In this document: piece by piece, positions 13,858 to 27,519 of the stretch
Position numbering within the stretch: the stretch's first letter is position 1
How the letters are laid out: every line of letters starts with the position of its first letter
Assembly: GCA_051294375.1 (NCBI GenBank)
Contig: CM119263.1
Coordinates: 6,296,932-6,360,931 of the forward strand
DNA length: 64,000 bases
DNA from: Paraspadella gotoi
Taxonomy: Eukaryota; Animalia; Chaetognatha
Direction of reading: 5' to 3'
Notes under the pieces: model-generated
What the model was told of the DNA's origin: nothing
The model's database searches: none
What the model saw: the letters and a program-made list of their open reading frames with translations, nothing else
Translations under genes and position numbers: made by a program

Positions 13858-15550
13858 AGAAAGGAAAGAAAAAGAAGAAAAAAAAAAAAAAAAAAAAGGG
13901 AGTTTCTCGTTTCGGGGATCAAAACTTTAAATATTTTATATTACCAATTTTCACAACCGGAAATAAATAAAAGTAAATAAATTACAACCGAAGCACTTCA
14001 GCATAGAATAAAAAAAGTTTAAAAAACCTAGGTTACTTAAAAAAGTAATTATAAAATTATAAATCTTAATTATATAAAATTGACTCTTTTTTAGTTACTT
14101 CCCTATTTTTCAGTTTTATCTTATTTTATTTCATTTGCCACAGTCGACGTCTTTTGTTTACTCAGTTTCACTCCGTTTTAAATCTTTGTATCAGAGTAAA
14201 GAGAAGGGGAAGCGACGAGGGCGGACGAACTCAATTCCAGAAAGAAAAAAAAAGAAGACCCACACACAATTCGAAATGCAGAACCACACATAACTCAGAA
14301 GACTCGAATTACGACAGGAAGTTCGAGCGAGATGGAGGGAAAAACCCGAGTAGAATTCGGACCCACTCAGAATGAAACCAAATCTATAAAAGTGATATCA
14401 AAAGCAGACGTTCGGAGAGAGAATTTGATAATCCAAATCGACCAAGTATAGAATTTTTTTAAAAAATTGTTGTCGTGTCGGTGTTTAATCGTTTTTACCA
14501 CAGAAAAATGATTAGAACCCGCCTGGTTTATCTGGATAGAAGATAGAATATAGAAGATACAAGAACCGATTATTGTAAAACAAGAAGGAAAGAAACTGGG
14601 GGGAGCTTCAGAAAAGTTTCATTGTTGATGCAAATACAAATAACCTTCCAAAGTAATTCGAAACCAAAGCCAATGGCATCTGAAAACCACCGAGGAACCA
14701 ATCATAATTTTTGTTTTGTTTTGTTTGAATTTATTTGTTTGTTTGTCTGTTGTTTTTTTTTGACGAGTTAAATCCGTTTTAAAAAAAGTTTTTTTTATGC
14801 AGTTGTTTCAACGAGTTATAACTTCCTCAAACTGTTTTTTATTGACGCTAGTTGTCATGGGTTTTTTATTACGAGGTTCCTGTTTCGTTTCTAGGAAATA
14901 AAAAAAGCATGGTAGTAAAAATTGCAGGGGGAAATAAAAAGAGCATGGACGGATGGTTAAATTGCCGGGTTTTGCGGTGGTATGCGTTACATTATCAATC
15001 ATTAAAGTCGAACGGTGTTATAAAATAAAGTATTATAATACCATACAAATATTTTTGGACGGTCTTTTGTCATTTTGATTACAATTCAATGCTTTTTTTC
15101 GGTACAAACATTTAAGTACAAAGGAAAAAACCAAAATAAATTTATGAGCAATGGGAGAATCGATCGAGAATTTTGGCATCAATACGCGTAAATTGGACGG
15201 ATATTTAAAAAAAAAAAGTGGACGTTGTCGATGGGTTTAAAAATATACATAAATCATTAAAAAATAAACGCAAAAAATAAAAACTAATCGGACAAAAAAA
15301 AAAGTTAAAAATAAAAGGAGCAAGAGAGAAAACTTTCTCAGTTGCGCGATTGGTTTGTTAACCGTCACCTGGCATTACGTTCGTGAATAATAGGACCGAC
15401 GAAGGTCCTCAAATTTTACGGCGATATTTACTAAATGATTTATTTCCCAATAATAATTACGACGTGACGCTATAAAACTAATGTGGCAACAATGGTAATG
15501 GTGACATGATTCGTGCGGTTTTATCTAAACCACGTGATTTTATAAATACT

Positions 15551-15613
<63 letters not shown>

Positions 15614-15634
15614 GTTTGATTGCACCAATGACGG

Positions 15635-18600
15635 TCATTTTCTTTTTTTGGTATCCAGTGAAGCATCGTTTATCTTTCGTTTCACCGACCGGAGTTTTTC
15701 TTTCAGCTTTTGCTGCACTCGGCGAGGTTGCGGCGCTTTCCGAAGTTGCTGCAGCTTTGCCCGTCGGTCCTGCCGCTTCTCCCCCGGTAGTATCTTTTGT
15801 TTTCTCCGACCCCGTGTCTCCACGAGTTTCCTGGCATCGGCGGCGGAGGCGCTGATGGTCGTTCTAACTTTGGCGGCATTGATGTCCGCGCCCCTCGCGG
15901 CGGCCACGAAAGGACACGTGTGAGGCGAAGGCATCGTCACTTTGATTCTTGGCTGCTCAGTCGGCGAAGCGTCGGCGGCGGCTGGTGCTACAGCGGCAGA
16001 AACGTCCCGGGAACGCGAAGATTGGCCGGCGTCGTCCCTGGACTCAATGCGGTCGGCCGGCGCTGACTCGGCGGGAGCGGCGTCGGTCGCGCCGGCGTCA
16101 GAATCGGCGACGCCGGCCTGCTGATCCTGCTGATCGAGCGATTCTCTCTCGGCCGCCGTTCGCTTTCTGGTCAAATAACGTCGGCGGGATTCGACGCGAG
16201 CAGCGGGAACGGCAGGAACGGCGGAAGTGGCGGCAGCCGCGGCAGCGGCGGTGGCAGTTAGGGTGGCGGGTTCGGAGGTAGAAGGGGAGGTGTCGATGAT
16301 TAGAGAAGGTTGGTCGACGGAAGTCATGATCATTTTTCAACTTCCCTCGCCTCTTCCTCCTCTCTCTTGTCCACCATCAACTTTTCCTCAACCACCTCCG
16401 CCACAACCTTTTCCTCCACCACCCTCTCTTCCACCACGGCCTCCACAGGCCCCGCCTCTTCTCTCTCCAACCCCTCGAACACCACCGGCCTCAGCCCTTC
16501 CAGCCCAAGATCGATTTGAATCCTGTTTCCGGTCATGACCTCCAGGATGTTGAGCGCCTTCTCGACCGTCTTGGCGAGACGCCGACGTCGAGGCTTTTTG
16601 GCTCGAAGCGGAGGCGTCGGGTCGTCGTCGTCGTCGTCGTCGTCGCCCAAAACCACCTCCGCCGCCTCCTCCACCGTCACCATCGCCTCCTCTTCCTCCT
16701 CCTTTTCTTCGCCTCTTGCCGCCTGCAATTCTTCCATCTGGACTTCGCTCCATCCCTCCAACTTTTCCACCAAAACCCTGGGGACGAAAAAAGTTGAATG
16801 AATTGAAAGAAAGAATCAATGAATTTATTAATGAATGATTAAAAAGCTAAATGAATTTTTGAATTAATCAATGAATCAGTTTATGAATTAATGAATAATG
16901 TAAGCGAATAAATTAATGAATAAGAGAATCAATCCATTAATTCTTTAATATATCAAACAATCATTCAATCAGAAAATCAATCAATCATCCAAGGCTAACT
17001 CAGTTCAGAAATCGTTGAATCAACAGAAAATTAATTTTTCTTCATTCGATCTTGGTGAATCCTTACGAGAAAATCGATCAATCATTAAATTTTTAAAAAA
17101 TCAATCAATCAATCCTCAGATATCCTCGACGAATTTCCCTCACCTCGACGCGTCTCCCGCTTCCGAATCCAACTCTTCCTTGATCTCCACTTCCGAAGGC
17201 GACGTCGACGCCCACACGGCCACGCCTCCGTCCTCGATGGACGTCATCGGCTGCCACGCCCACTCCGCCGCCCCCTGCCGCAGCCCCAGCGACGCCAGGT
17301 GTCGGACGCAGTGGAGCGGCGCCTTCTTGAGCGACTCCACCAGATGGTCGCGGAATGGGGCGTTGATGATCCAGTAGGAGCTCTTGCCCACCTCCGTCTC
17401 CACTTTGCCGAAACTCTTGTTGAGGCTGAGGTTGTGACGGATGGAGTTCTTCCAGCCTTTCTTGAAGGGAGAGCGGAAGTAAGGGAAGTGGTTGGCCAAC
17501 CAAGAGTAGATCTCGCGAACCTTTGAAGTTGGGGGAAAGGGCCAAGGGGAAGGAGGGAGGGCGTTATAAATAAAACTGTAGGTATTATTAAATATAGATG
17601 CTCTATTGATTCTTTGCTTACTTTTTTTGACTTGAAAGCATTTTAGGAAAATCAGAGGGTCACGGCTATTAGTGGGTTTGTTTAAAATGCTTTGAATTAT
17701 GATTACAAAACTTGATTCCTCTCTTTTTAAATAAATCGGGATATATATACTTTATGTATTATTTAGGTTTAAAGAAATATAGAAATAACCGGGCCATATA
17801 AAAGCGATGTTGGTGCGAACCTGCATGCGCTTCTCCGGGCAAGTCTCGATGGCCATAAAGATGAGGGAAGTGAAAGAGTAGGGCGGTTTAAAGATGGCGT
17901 GGATGTGGGGGTCATAGGGTACGTGGGGCGGATGGGGAAATGCCCACGGTGGGTGTTGGTGCAAGGGAGACAAGGCTCGGCCGTTCGAAGCGCCGAGCTG
18001 GGGAATGGAAGCTCCACGAGCGGCGCTGCCGCTGCCGCTGCTGCCGACGCCGCTGCCACCCCCCATTATGGGAACGCGGTTCAAAAGGTCGCCGCCCGCT
18101 AACCAACTCAGCGGCCGCAAATCGTCGTCGTCGTCGTCGTCGTTGCAGGAAGAAGAAGACGACAAACCTCTGGACAAAGATGAAGAGGAACCTCTGGACA
18201 AAGAGGAGAAAGAGGTTCTTGTGGACAAAGCAGCAGCGCCTGTGGACAAGGAAGGAAAACAGGCGATGGGAAATTCCAGCTTGGATTTGAGAACTCCGCC
18301 ACTGACGTCGTCGTCGTCGGTGGAAAGAGTCACGTCGATGACGTCGTCGGGTCGATCGAGAATGCGATTCGTCGACGACGGCGTCAATGGCGAAGAGAGG
18401 AACGCCGGTGGAGAACGCTCGACGCCGGAAGCGAAGATCGGCGTCGTGGACGGATTCATCGTCAGCGTCATTGTTGGATCACGCGGAAAGGAAGACATCG
18501 ACGACGACGATGAAGACGACGACGACGGTTCTGAGGTTTCGATGGAACCGGAAGTGGCGAGGCGGAGGTTGAAGAGGACGTCAGAAGTGGAGAGAGGGAG

Positions 18601-18804
18601 AAGGGAAGGAGACGAGGAAGAGGAAGAGGGAGAGGAGGAAGCGGCGCCAATCTCGACAGGCGACGCCGATTCCTCTGGAGGCGGCGTCAATTCCGTCGGC
18701 GCCTCGAGGTCATCGGAGACAAAGATGGGACGAAGTTGGGAATGAGGCGACGCCGGAAATGGGGAAGACGCCGAAAAGGGGCGTCGGTCGAACGACGACG
18801 CCAT
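15635..18804 (-). CDS. FoxN2/3: Forkhead box transcription factor, FoxN2/3 type
   Basis: Exons 18804-17821, 17520-17144, 16777-15635. The spliced forkhead domain reads KPPYSFTSLIFMAIETCPEKRMQ|VREIYSWLANHFPYFRSPFKKGWKNSIRHNLSLNKSFGKV..GKSSYWII; the upstream LRPLSWL motif and KPPYSF.LIFMAIE are typical of FoxN2/3. In exon 3 the frame stops at 16330-16332 (GAAAAATGA), and one extra A would join it to ORF 16333-15635, which ends KKRK. Confidence 0.9.
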
Positions 18805-21442
18805 TTTGAGAAGAATGCGGATCGAGCGAGGGGTCTTGGGAGATGTGGAAACCAGAAACCTGGAATAAAGAGAGAATATACGCATATGAGTCGAAAAATA
18901 GTTCAATTTCTTTATAAACCTGTAGGGCGCTTAAATTCTCGAATGTTTTCATTAAAAAAACAAATAAACGCTTTGAAAACTCAAAATTGATACTGCCCAA
19001 ATTTGAAATTAAAAAAAAAAATTTTCGGAACTGGAATGTCGACTGTTGCTTTCTTGTCGTCGTCGTCGTCGTGATAAGGAAAGAGTCGGTAGCGATAAGA
19101 GATCCCTGTGTCGCGACTCGCTCGACGAAGATCGATTCTCGAGTGGCGAAGGTAAACAAATATAACAACATTAGCTTCAAAACAAAAAAGATGTAGTATT
19201 CACCGATTGTGAGAGGTATTATTTGTTTTGAGAAATGTGATCAGTGATCAATCCACCATTCTGTTCCATTACCATTCAATTCCATTCTTTATAAGATCGA
19301 ATCGTCTTAAAACTTCGGCTCAACTCGTATTTGTTTCTGTTTAACAAAGTTCAATCTGGAACTAGAAATTCAAATATGTCAAATAAATTGGGCTGAGCAA
19401 AATTTCCTTCTCTCTTGATCGAGCGTGCCATCAATCGCAAATTCATACGCGAGAGATTATGATCTAATTGTTGCTGACGTTGCAAGTTGCGGCCAAATAA
19501 TATTTGGTAAAAAGGTTAAAGGCTTGAAAATGACATTAAAATGTCGAATATGAAATGTGGTTTCGTCGCTGCGGGTTTTTTTTTTTTTTTTTTTTTTTTA
19601 GTTTTATTTCCTTCAAGTTCGGTTCTCTCTATTTCAACTTTATAATTTACGAATACATAAGCCACCTGCTAATATATTATATATATGCATATAAAACGTT
19701 TTTACTTCGGGAGAGAATATTTGAAATTCGTCGAGACTAAAAAAAAAAAAAAATCCCGCTTTACGTAAAGAGCTGAATAAAAAAAGAATTGGCTCAAGCT
19801 CACGTTCTCCTCAAACCTTTACGATAATAAGTAAGGAAGCCGCTGGAAATAGAAAAAAGTTTTATGTCCTTTTTTCAGTTTTTTTTCCCAAAGGAGTTTA
19901 GTTTTGTCTTAAAAGTCTACAGTTAAAGAGTGAGGAGACTAAAATTTTGATGACTTATGCGTTAGTAGCCTTGTCAAGCGATGTCTTTTATTTTTACAGA
20001 ATAGAAAAAAAAATACAAATCAAAAGAAATACTTTAAAGCAGTTATTGTAAAAGACTAAAAATCAAAAGTTGATAGTTCTATAGCATTTTAGAAAATATT
20101 AATATTTAATGTATTTCTGTGTGGATAATTTAGCCCTAAAAATGTGGCAAATACGTATTTTACCCCGAAAGATGTCGCTTTGGATTTAAAGAACAAAAGC
20201 GACGATGAAAAAAAAATGAGCAACGAATTTCGTGCACTGAGTTGAACTTGAATTCGTCCTGCAGTAAATCGGTTTCGGTCGTAGTAATAAAAGACTTTAG
20301 CCATTACCATTTGAGACGGTTAAACAATAAGACCTTTAAAGTTAACTTTTGGTAAACGCGTTTAGGTTAAGTCTAAAAAGAATAAAACAACACAAGCGAC
20401 ATTTATTCATCGAAGTACGAATCTGGCTCAGTCGATAAAATTAATTTGTTATTTTGTACAAATGTACATTAACATTTTCTCGCTAATAGTAATGTATCCC
20501 AGCTTTCAATGAATATTATTAGTATTACACTAAAAAAATAAACGGTGGTGACTGAGAATCCTCAGAGACTCAACATTCGTGCCGAAGGTGATTTTGTCGC
20601 GCGTACCAATCCGTACGTAATTTCTAGGTCGCGTTTCCCTGCGCCGTGAAAGAGGTTTTACCCAAAAAGGGTTATGATCCCTGTAATCCATCCCTACTCT
20701 TCATTGTCTCTCCTGATCTGAACTCGAGAGAGAGAGTGTGAAAATGTTGCGCTGTCATAACTTGTGTGAAAAAGTCATTTTCGCCTTTTTTTTTTTTTTT
20801 TTTTGGCGCCTTTTATCAGTATTTGTTCTTTTCTGAGTACAAATAGTACAAACATATTAAATTTACCGGATTTATTTTGCCCTTTTGATAAGTCCACGGC
20901 TGACAAGTGTCACTAGAAATGACAACGACAAAATCTCGCGGGTAGAAACGCGTCCCAAAAAATCTGAACTTTTCATCCAAAAAAAAAAAAACATGTTGGG
21001 AATCACGAGAGACGTCACGTCTCAATGCAATAAAGTTTAATTCGATAATTGAATTTGTCAAAGAAAGAAAAAAAAAAGAAGAGATGATATGAGGTCGTTA
21101 ATCCTTTCGGTTCAAGGTCATCGATTTGCTGGACTGATTCTAGCGCCTCCTTCTCGCGCCCGCAGGGGGTTTTCGTTCAAATTAGTAAAATAATAATAAA
21201 TCGATAAGTGTAGGTAAACTTTAAAAAAACGTTTTCACTATTTTTCCTCTTTTAATTGCTCATCCGAACTATCCTTTTTCAAAAAAAAAAAAAAAAAAAA
21301 AGAGAGAGAGAGAAAGAGAGAGCATTTGGCCTAATTTATTCTTCAGTTCAATCCAATTTTTCATTTCTTAGTCGTCCGTCTATATATCGGCGATTTAAAA
21401 AAAAAAAAAAGACAAAAAATCAACAATAATCAAAAAAAAAGG

Positions 21443-24400
21443 ATGAGGCCCGCGTCGCGCATTCTCCTTCTCGGTCTGTCGATCTCCGTCGCCACCACCG
21501 CGCGGACAGGCGTCGAGCTGATCGACAACGGCTACACCGGTGTCCTCGTCGCCATCCACGACGACGTCGACGAAGACGCCGCCGTCATCGAAGGCATCCA
21601 GCGCGTCATCACTTCCGGTTCCAAGCAGCTCTTCGCCTCCACCAAGCAGAGAGCTTACTTCGCCGAGGTCTCCATATTAATCCCGCCCGCGTGGAGTCGC
21701 AAGACCGAATACTTTCCAAAGAGGAAAGAAACTTACTCCAACGCGGACTTCGTGGTGGCGCCGGTAATCAAAAAGTACGGCCACGCCCCTTACGCGAAGA
21801 GCTTCGGCGGATGCGGCGATCCCGGCAAGTCGCGGCGAGTTTGTACGGGATTAAATTGATTGGATTAAATGAAATAGTTTAGTTTACTAACCAATCGGTA
21901 TCAAATAAACTAATGATATAATCAAATCACAGAAATAAAAAAGCTTCTTATTGGATTATTCACTTGCAGGCGAATACGTTCACTTCACACCGACCTACTT
22001 GACCGACGAGAGCGTGAGGCGAGATTTCGGCGACGAGGGTAAGGTCGTCGTACACGAGTGGGGTCACTACAGGTGGGGACTTCAAGAAGAGTATCCGTCC
22101 CAAGATGGAGGACCCGAGTTCTACTACTCGACGGAAACGAATCAGTACGAGGCCGTACGCTGTTCGCTCAGCACCAAAGGCCGTATTTTGGAGGCAAGTG
22201 CTATGCAATAGGGCATTTAAAAAAAAAAGTTGTAGAGTATAAGAAACTCAAATTCTTAAAATTTTATAAAGCTATATTTAGTTTTACATAATATAGAAAT
22301 AAAGACCCATATAAATATTTCGGTAAGTTTATCTAAAAACTTCATATTTTATTAACTGTTTGTTAGCTATATTTATTAATAAATAATAATTAAAGAATAA
22401 GCTTAAATGAAAAAATTAAAATTTTAAAATTTTAAAACCGGATTTGAATTTCTTACAAAAAGTTGATAAAAGAAAGTATAATCCATTTTAACAAATTATT
22501 TCATTAAGTTGGTTAAAAATGTTAAAAACATTTTTTTACTTAATTTTTTGGCTTTGGCTTGAATTTTGACCAACTTAATGACATAATTTTGGAATAAAAA
22601 ATTATATTTTCTTATATCAACTTTTTGCAAGGAATGCAAATCCAGGAATAAAATTTTGAAATTACTATTTTTAAATTTAACCAATTTTTTTTCATAATTA
22701 TTCATTAACTTTTAATAAAATATAAAATTTAGAAATGAATTTACCAAAATATTTTTATAAGTCTTTTTTTTTAAATTTCAAAAGCTCATGTAAATTTTAT
22801 AAAATTTTAATAATTTGATTTATCATAACTCATAATTGTTTTTATTTTTTCTGATAATTTTATATACATTAAAAATCGTCATTTTCGACATGAAAGATAA
22901 AATTATACCAAAAAAATGGTCATCACCATCGAATTCTACAGACTTAAAATAGCTATGTACCTTATTCGATTTGTTATATTTTGTTATTTTTAAACGCCCT
23001 ACTATGCAACATACCATAGAGAGAACATATTTTAAGCTCATTTAATTCCTCTTTTCGTTCATAGGTAATAGGAGAGAAAAAGTACCGACCTTGTCGGGTG
23101 AACAACGGAATTCCCGACAGCGAAAAGTGCCGCTTTTTTCCCGGATTCATGATCGATAACCCGTCGAAAGTCTCGATCATGGACAGACAAGGGACAAATA
23201 ACGTGGACCAATTCTGCGAAAACAGCGACGATCCGAATCACAAACACAACACCGAAGCCCCGAATCGGATGAACCGTCTTTGCGGCGGGAAGAGCTCGTG
23301 GGAGGTGATGCTGGAACACGCGGACTTTAAAGACGTCAACCCGTCGAAATCGGAAAAAACAAACGTGGCGCCGAAATTCAAGTTGGTTCAGGCGGTGGAA
23401 GCCGTGACCCGATGTCGACTCTCGCTCGTCCTCGACGTCAGCGGGAGCATGAACGACAACAAGAAGATGATGAAAATGATTCGAGGTCTGAGGAAGATGA
23501 TTCGATTCACGCTGAGTAGAAACACGGAGGTCGGATCCGCATTTTTCAGCAACAAGGGCGACATCAAGTGCGGAATGCACAAGCTCACCGACGAGAGAAG
23601 TCGAAGTTTTTTCGTCGATCAATGCTTGCCGTCCTACGGCGAAGGCGGGACCAGCATCGGTTTGGGTTTGATGAGAGGCGTGGAGAATCTTAGACAACAC
23701 AAAACCGGCGACCGAATCCTCTTGCTGACCGACGGCGGTTCCAACGCTTATCCGGGACCCGAGGAACCGGTCGTCGTAGCCGCCCTACAAGGAGCCAAAG
23801 TCTCCATCGACACCATCACCTTCTCCAGCGCCGTCGATCCGACGATGATGAAGATCGCCAAAGTCTTTGGCGGCAATTACTTTTACGACTCCGACAAAAT
23901 CAGGACTCGATCCCTCAATTACGCCTTCTCCAAGAATCCTTGCGGAGATGAGGATGACGACAACGAAAACGAAATCGAATTGGCGAGCAGTTCTGGAAAT
24001 CTAGGAGCAAAGGACTTTGAGGACTTTGTCGTTGTGGATGATTCCGTGGGAGACGACTTGAGGTTTCTATTTAAATACAGCAAGACAGGATCGGGTAAAT
24101 CTGGAGCGGGGATTCTGGTGACGCTGACGAGTCCATCGGGGAGACAAATCGGCGAGAAAGACGACGAATACTTTGTCGACGCAAAGCACAAAAGGATCAG
24201 CATCTCGATTCCCGAAAATGCTGAGATCGGCCGGTGGGATTACGTCATACAAAAAGCGAGCGATTCGTCGCAAACTTACAAAGTCAACGTCTTGACGAAA
24301 CCACGTGACTTTGGCGACGATCGAAAACCCGCGCCGTTGATAGTTTATTCCGACGTCAAATCCAACGTCGATTATCCATCGCCGATGATCGTTTACGTGG

Positions 24401-25380
24401 AAGTCACCAAAGGATCGAATCCTGTATTGGGTTTGCGGGTCGTCGCTTTGGTCGATCGACCGGGAAGAGATGATTCGTTTGAACTGGAAGTGCGAGACAA
24501 TGGACAGGGCGCCGACACGACTCGGGATGACGGAGTCTACTCTCGCTACTTCACCGCCTTCACGGAAATAGGTCCCTACTCGATGAACATCCGGGTTTCG
24601 AATCCCAACGGCACGGGAGTCGTGCGCGTCTACCAAACAGGCGGGACAATCACTGGGGGCGCCATTGCATTTACCGAGGACAATCTGCGTCCCAGCGATC
24701 CGGTCGCTTATGTGGACGAAGCGATCCGGGGAGACGTTTCCAGATCGACCAACGCAGGCGCATCGGAATTAAAGACGGAAGCTTCGAAAGAGAGCCTCGT
24801 CAACGTGCTCCTCAAAAACGGCGTGGATGAGATTCCACCCGACAGAATCACGGATCTACGTCTCGTGAATACGTCACTCTCGAGTGGAAATGTCACTCTG
24901 ACCTTCACGGCGACTGGCGACGATTACGACGACGGAAAAGTGTCGAGTTATCGCGTTCGTGTCTCTTCTAGCGACTCTACCGCGTTCAACGGATCGACGA
25001 GAATATTTGAGGTCGAGTCCGCCGTCGATCCTGGCGAAACCGAGACGCTGACCTTCAACGCGCAGCCTCCTGAAGCCGGGAATGCGTCCTTCAGCGTGGT
25101 CGTCGTCGGCGTCGACGACAGCGGAAACGTCGGCATAGATTCGAACATCGTCACCTTTGGCCTCGGCTACGTACCGGACATCGTGGACGGAAAGCTGCCC
25201 TACGGCGGAGTGTTCGACTCTACGATCGTCATCGTCGTGGCCGTTCTCGTTATGGCCGCCATCCTGAATTTGATCCTTGCCTTTTTCATTTATCTTCTCA
25301 CTCGAAGACAGAGGAAAAAGCAGAAATTTTCCGACAGAAATCTTTCTGTCAGCAGAAACGTCGGCCCGAGATACATCTGA
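21443..25380 (+). CDS. CLCA: Calcium-activated chloride channel regulator (CLCA) family zinc metalloprotease/VWA protein, ~973 aa, with signal peptide and C-terminal TM helix
   Basis: Exons 21443-21824, 21970-22193, 23065-25380 join in frame (2922 nt). Signal peptide; NGYTGVLVAI; GCGDPGEYVHFTP; HEWGHYRWGLQEEY (HExxH); CENSDDPNHKHNTEAPNRMNRLC; VWA MIDAS DVSGS...LLTDG; DNGQGADTTRDDGVYSRYFT; PPDRITDL..TATGDDYDDG (FN3-like); TM IVIVVAVLVMAAILNLILAFFIYLL. Confidence 0.96.
22425..22660. mobile_element. AT-rich foldback/MITE family member in CLCA intron 2
   Basis: Inverted arms GGATTTGAATTTCTTACAAAAAGTTGATAAAAGAAAGTATAAT..TTAAGTTGGTTAAAA / TTTTGACCAACTTAA..ATTATATTTTCTTATATCAACTTTTTGCAAGGAATGCAAATCC; related copies at ~37905-38130 and ~41505-41735. 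Confidence 0.6.
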
Positions 25381-26429
25381 GACCTTTTACTAATAATTAC
25401 TTAATATTTTTATCGCACTTCCAACACAGCCATTCTTTTCATTTCCCGAACATAATATTAACATTTTCACTATAGTACTCCTATGTTTGTATGAACTACA
25501 GTAAAAATATTACGACTCAGTCAATATTAGCAATATATCACGCTTTGAGCTGTATATTTTTTTATTTTACTGTGGGCTTCGAAACATTTGCTTGTGGGCT
25601 ACAGCTTTCAAGTGTTAAATGCGAGTAGAAAGGGTACTATGAACTAAATTTGACCTTGACCTTACTGTTATAATAAAGGTTATACTTCAATTTTTTTTTA
25701 CTAACTATTGAATATAAAGAGAGAGAGCGAGCAAAGAAGATTAAATTTCGACCAAAATGACCAACTTTTATTTTATCCAGTTCCCCTTTGGTGTGTCCAG
25801 TGGACTGTCCACTGTCCACTGTCCAGTAATATTTAAATAGACATGTACCTTCTCCGAAAGGTATTCCTTATAGTATGCAAAGGAGAAAATAAAATAAAAA
25901 TACATAAGTATTAAAAAAAGGTCAAACTAAAATTGAAAGATCACGATGAGTAATTGAGAATTATTTCGAGATAAGAAATTATGACGGCAATGCGGGACTA
26001 AACAAGTTTGAGCAAAGAATGTCGGATCCGCCCACGATCATAAGCGGTAATTAATTAATTAATATAAACTATATAAACTAAAATAAATTAATTAATTTGA
26101 TCCGAAATGTTTGTTTATAGGTCTTTTCGTCACTGACCACGACAAAAGTAACGACGACGATAATGGCGACGACGACAATAATGCCGATAACGATTGACTT
26201 ACTTGATTTATTGATTGATTAAATAATTAATTAATTTATAAATAATTGATTTATTGAATAATTAATTATTAGATAACTAAATAAATTGAGTGATTGAATA
26301 ATTGATTAATTATTTGATTAAATAATACATCTTGCATTTACATCTTGCATTTACATAATATAAAAAGAAAAAGAAGCATAATCAATTAGTGAAAAAGGTT
26401 TTTTGTTTTTTCATTTAAACTCATTTCCA

Positions 26430-26690
26430 CTCGACGATTCCATTTCCATTCCTACCCACATACAAAATTTAATTCCAATCTATCCATTCAATCACCGAGC
26501 AATTGGAGTTTTTGTGGCTAAGGTGGGACGGACGGACAGACAGACGGATGGACGGACATCGTTTTGTTTTGTTTTTTTTGCATAATTTATCATAAGTCAA
26601 TGCCCGACAAGATTGAGGGGGCGGGCCGACGGACCGACAAATTAAATTATAGAGTCGGGATCTGCTGATAAGCAGATCCGACTAAAAATT
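26430..26690. mobile_element. Helitron/Helentron-like non-autonomous element remnants
   Basis: (GACG/GACA)n microsatellite at 26525-26558 and hairpin AGTCGGGATCTGCT-gata-AGCAGATCCGACT (26653-26683) followed by AAAAA. This microsatellite-plus-terminal-hairpin layout is typical of DINE-1/HINE-like elements; a similar motif set lies at ~5640-5706. Confidence 0.4.
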
Positions 26691-26803
26691 TGACTGGTAA
26701 CATAGCGACGCGGATTAAAAATCGTGAATAACCGTTCACGAAACAGATTAGTTTGGGCAACTGAAAAACCATATTAGTCATATTAGACATTTTATGTATA
26801 CTT

Positions 26804-27357
26804 TAGGGTGGAGCGATGAAAAGATTGAGACATGTTACAGTATTTATTTGCTGCCTCTGTATAAATGATAAAATTTTAGCCAATCTATGATCGTAACTAT
26901 AACAGAAATTATATGTTTTCTTTGCAGTATTATCCTTATAAATTAAAAAAATTTTAAAATTGTTTTTTAATTTTTAACAACAGATTTGGATTTGCAAGAA
27001 AAAATTAAGAAACTTTTGTAAAATATGTTATATAATATTTTAATGTTAAAACCTCAAAAAATAATTAAAAAGTTATATCATGAAATAGTTTCAACTACAG
27101 AAAGTCAAAAAGTTAAAAATTTAATCTTTTTTACCCATTTTTAACGCTGAAGACATCGGAATTTTTCTTAACGTGTTTTATATTTTTTGTCTAACCTTTT
27201 ATGGGGAATCTGAATCTTTAATAAACATTTTTAAAAAGTCATTTTAAAATTTTACTATTTAAAGAATTTCTTGTACTTTATAATTATACCACTTCACATA
27301 TAAAAATCATTGTAACATATTTATAATAAAAATTTTATTCTCGAGAGCTCCACTCTA
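26804..27357. mobile_element. Putative non-autonomous DNA transposon with short TIRs
   Basis: TAGGGTGGAGC at 26804-26814 and GCTCCACTCTA at 27347-27357 are a 10/11 inverted match with TA at both ends; internal cagatttggattt / ggaatctgaatct sub-repeats resemble the MITE family above. Confidence 0.35.
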
Positions 27358-27519
27358 TATACATGTTTACATTTGCGCTATCGTCGATCTTACGTTCGAA
27401 GCAAAATCAAAGCATTTTCGACTTAAATAGACTCACTTGAAGTTAAAATAATTGGTTGTTTACGATCATTGTTTAAATTATTTAGACCTTCGGATTAAAG
27501 TACCACACCGACATTTAAA

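Noticed and set aside
18005-18745. Long antisense ORFs over FoxN, CLCA, the GTPase and the chitinase
   Set aside because: Expected shadows of GC-rich coding sequence
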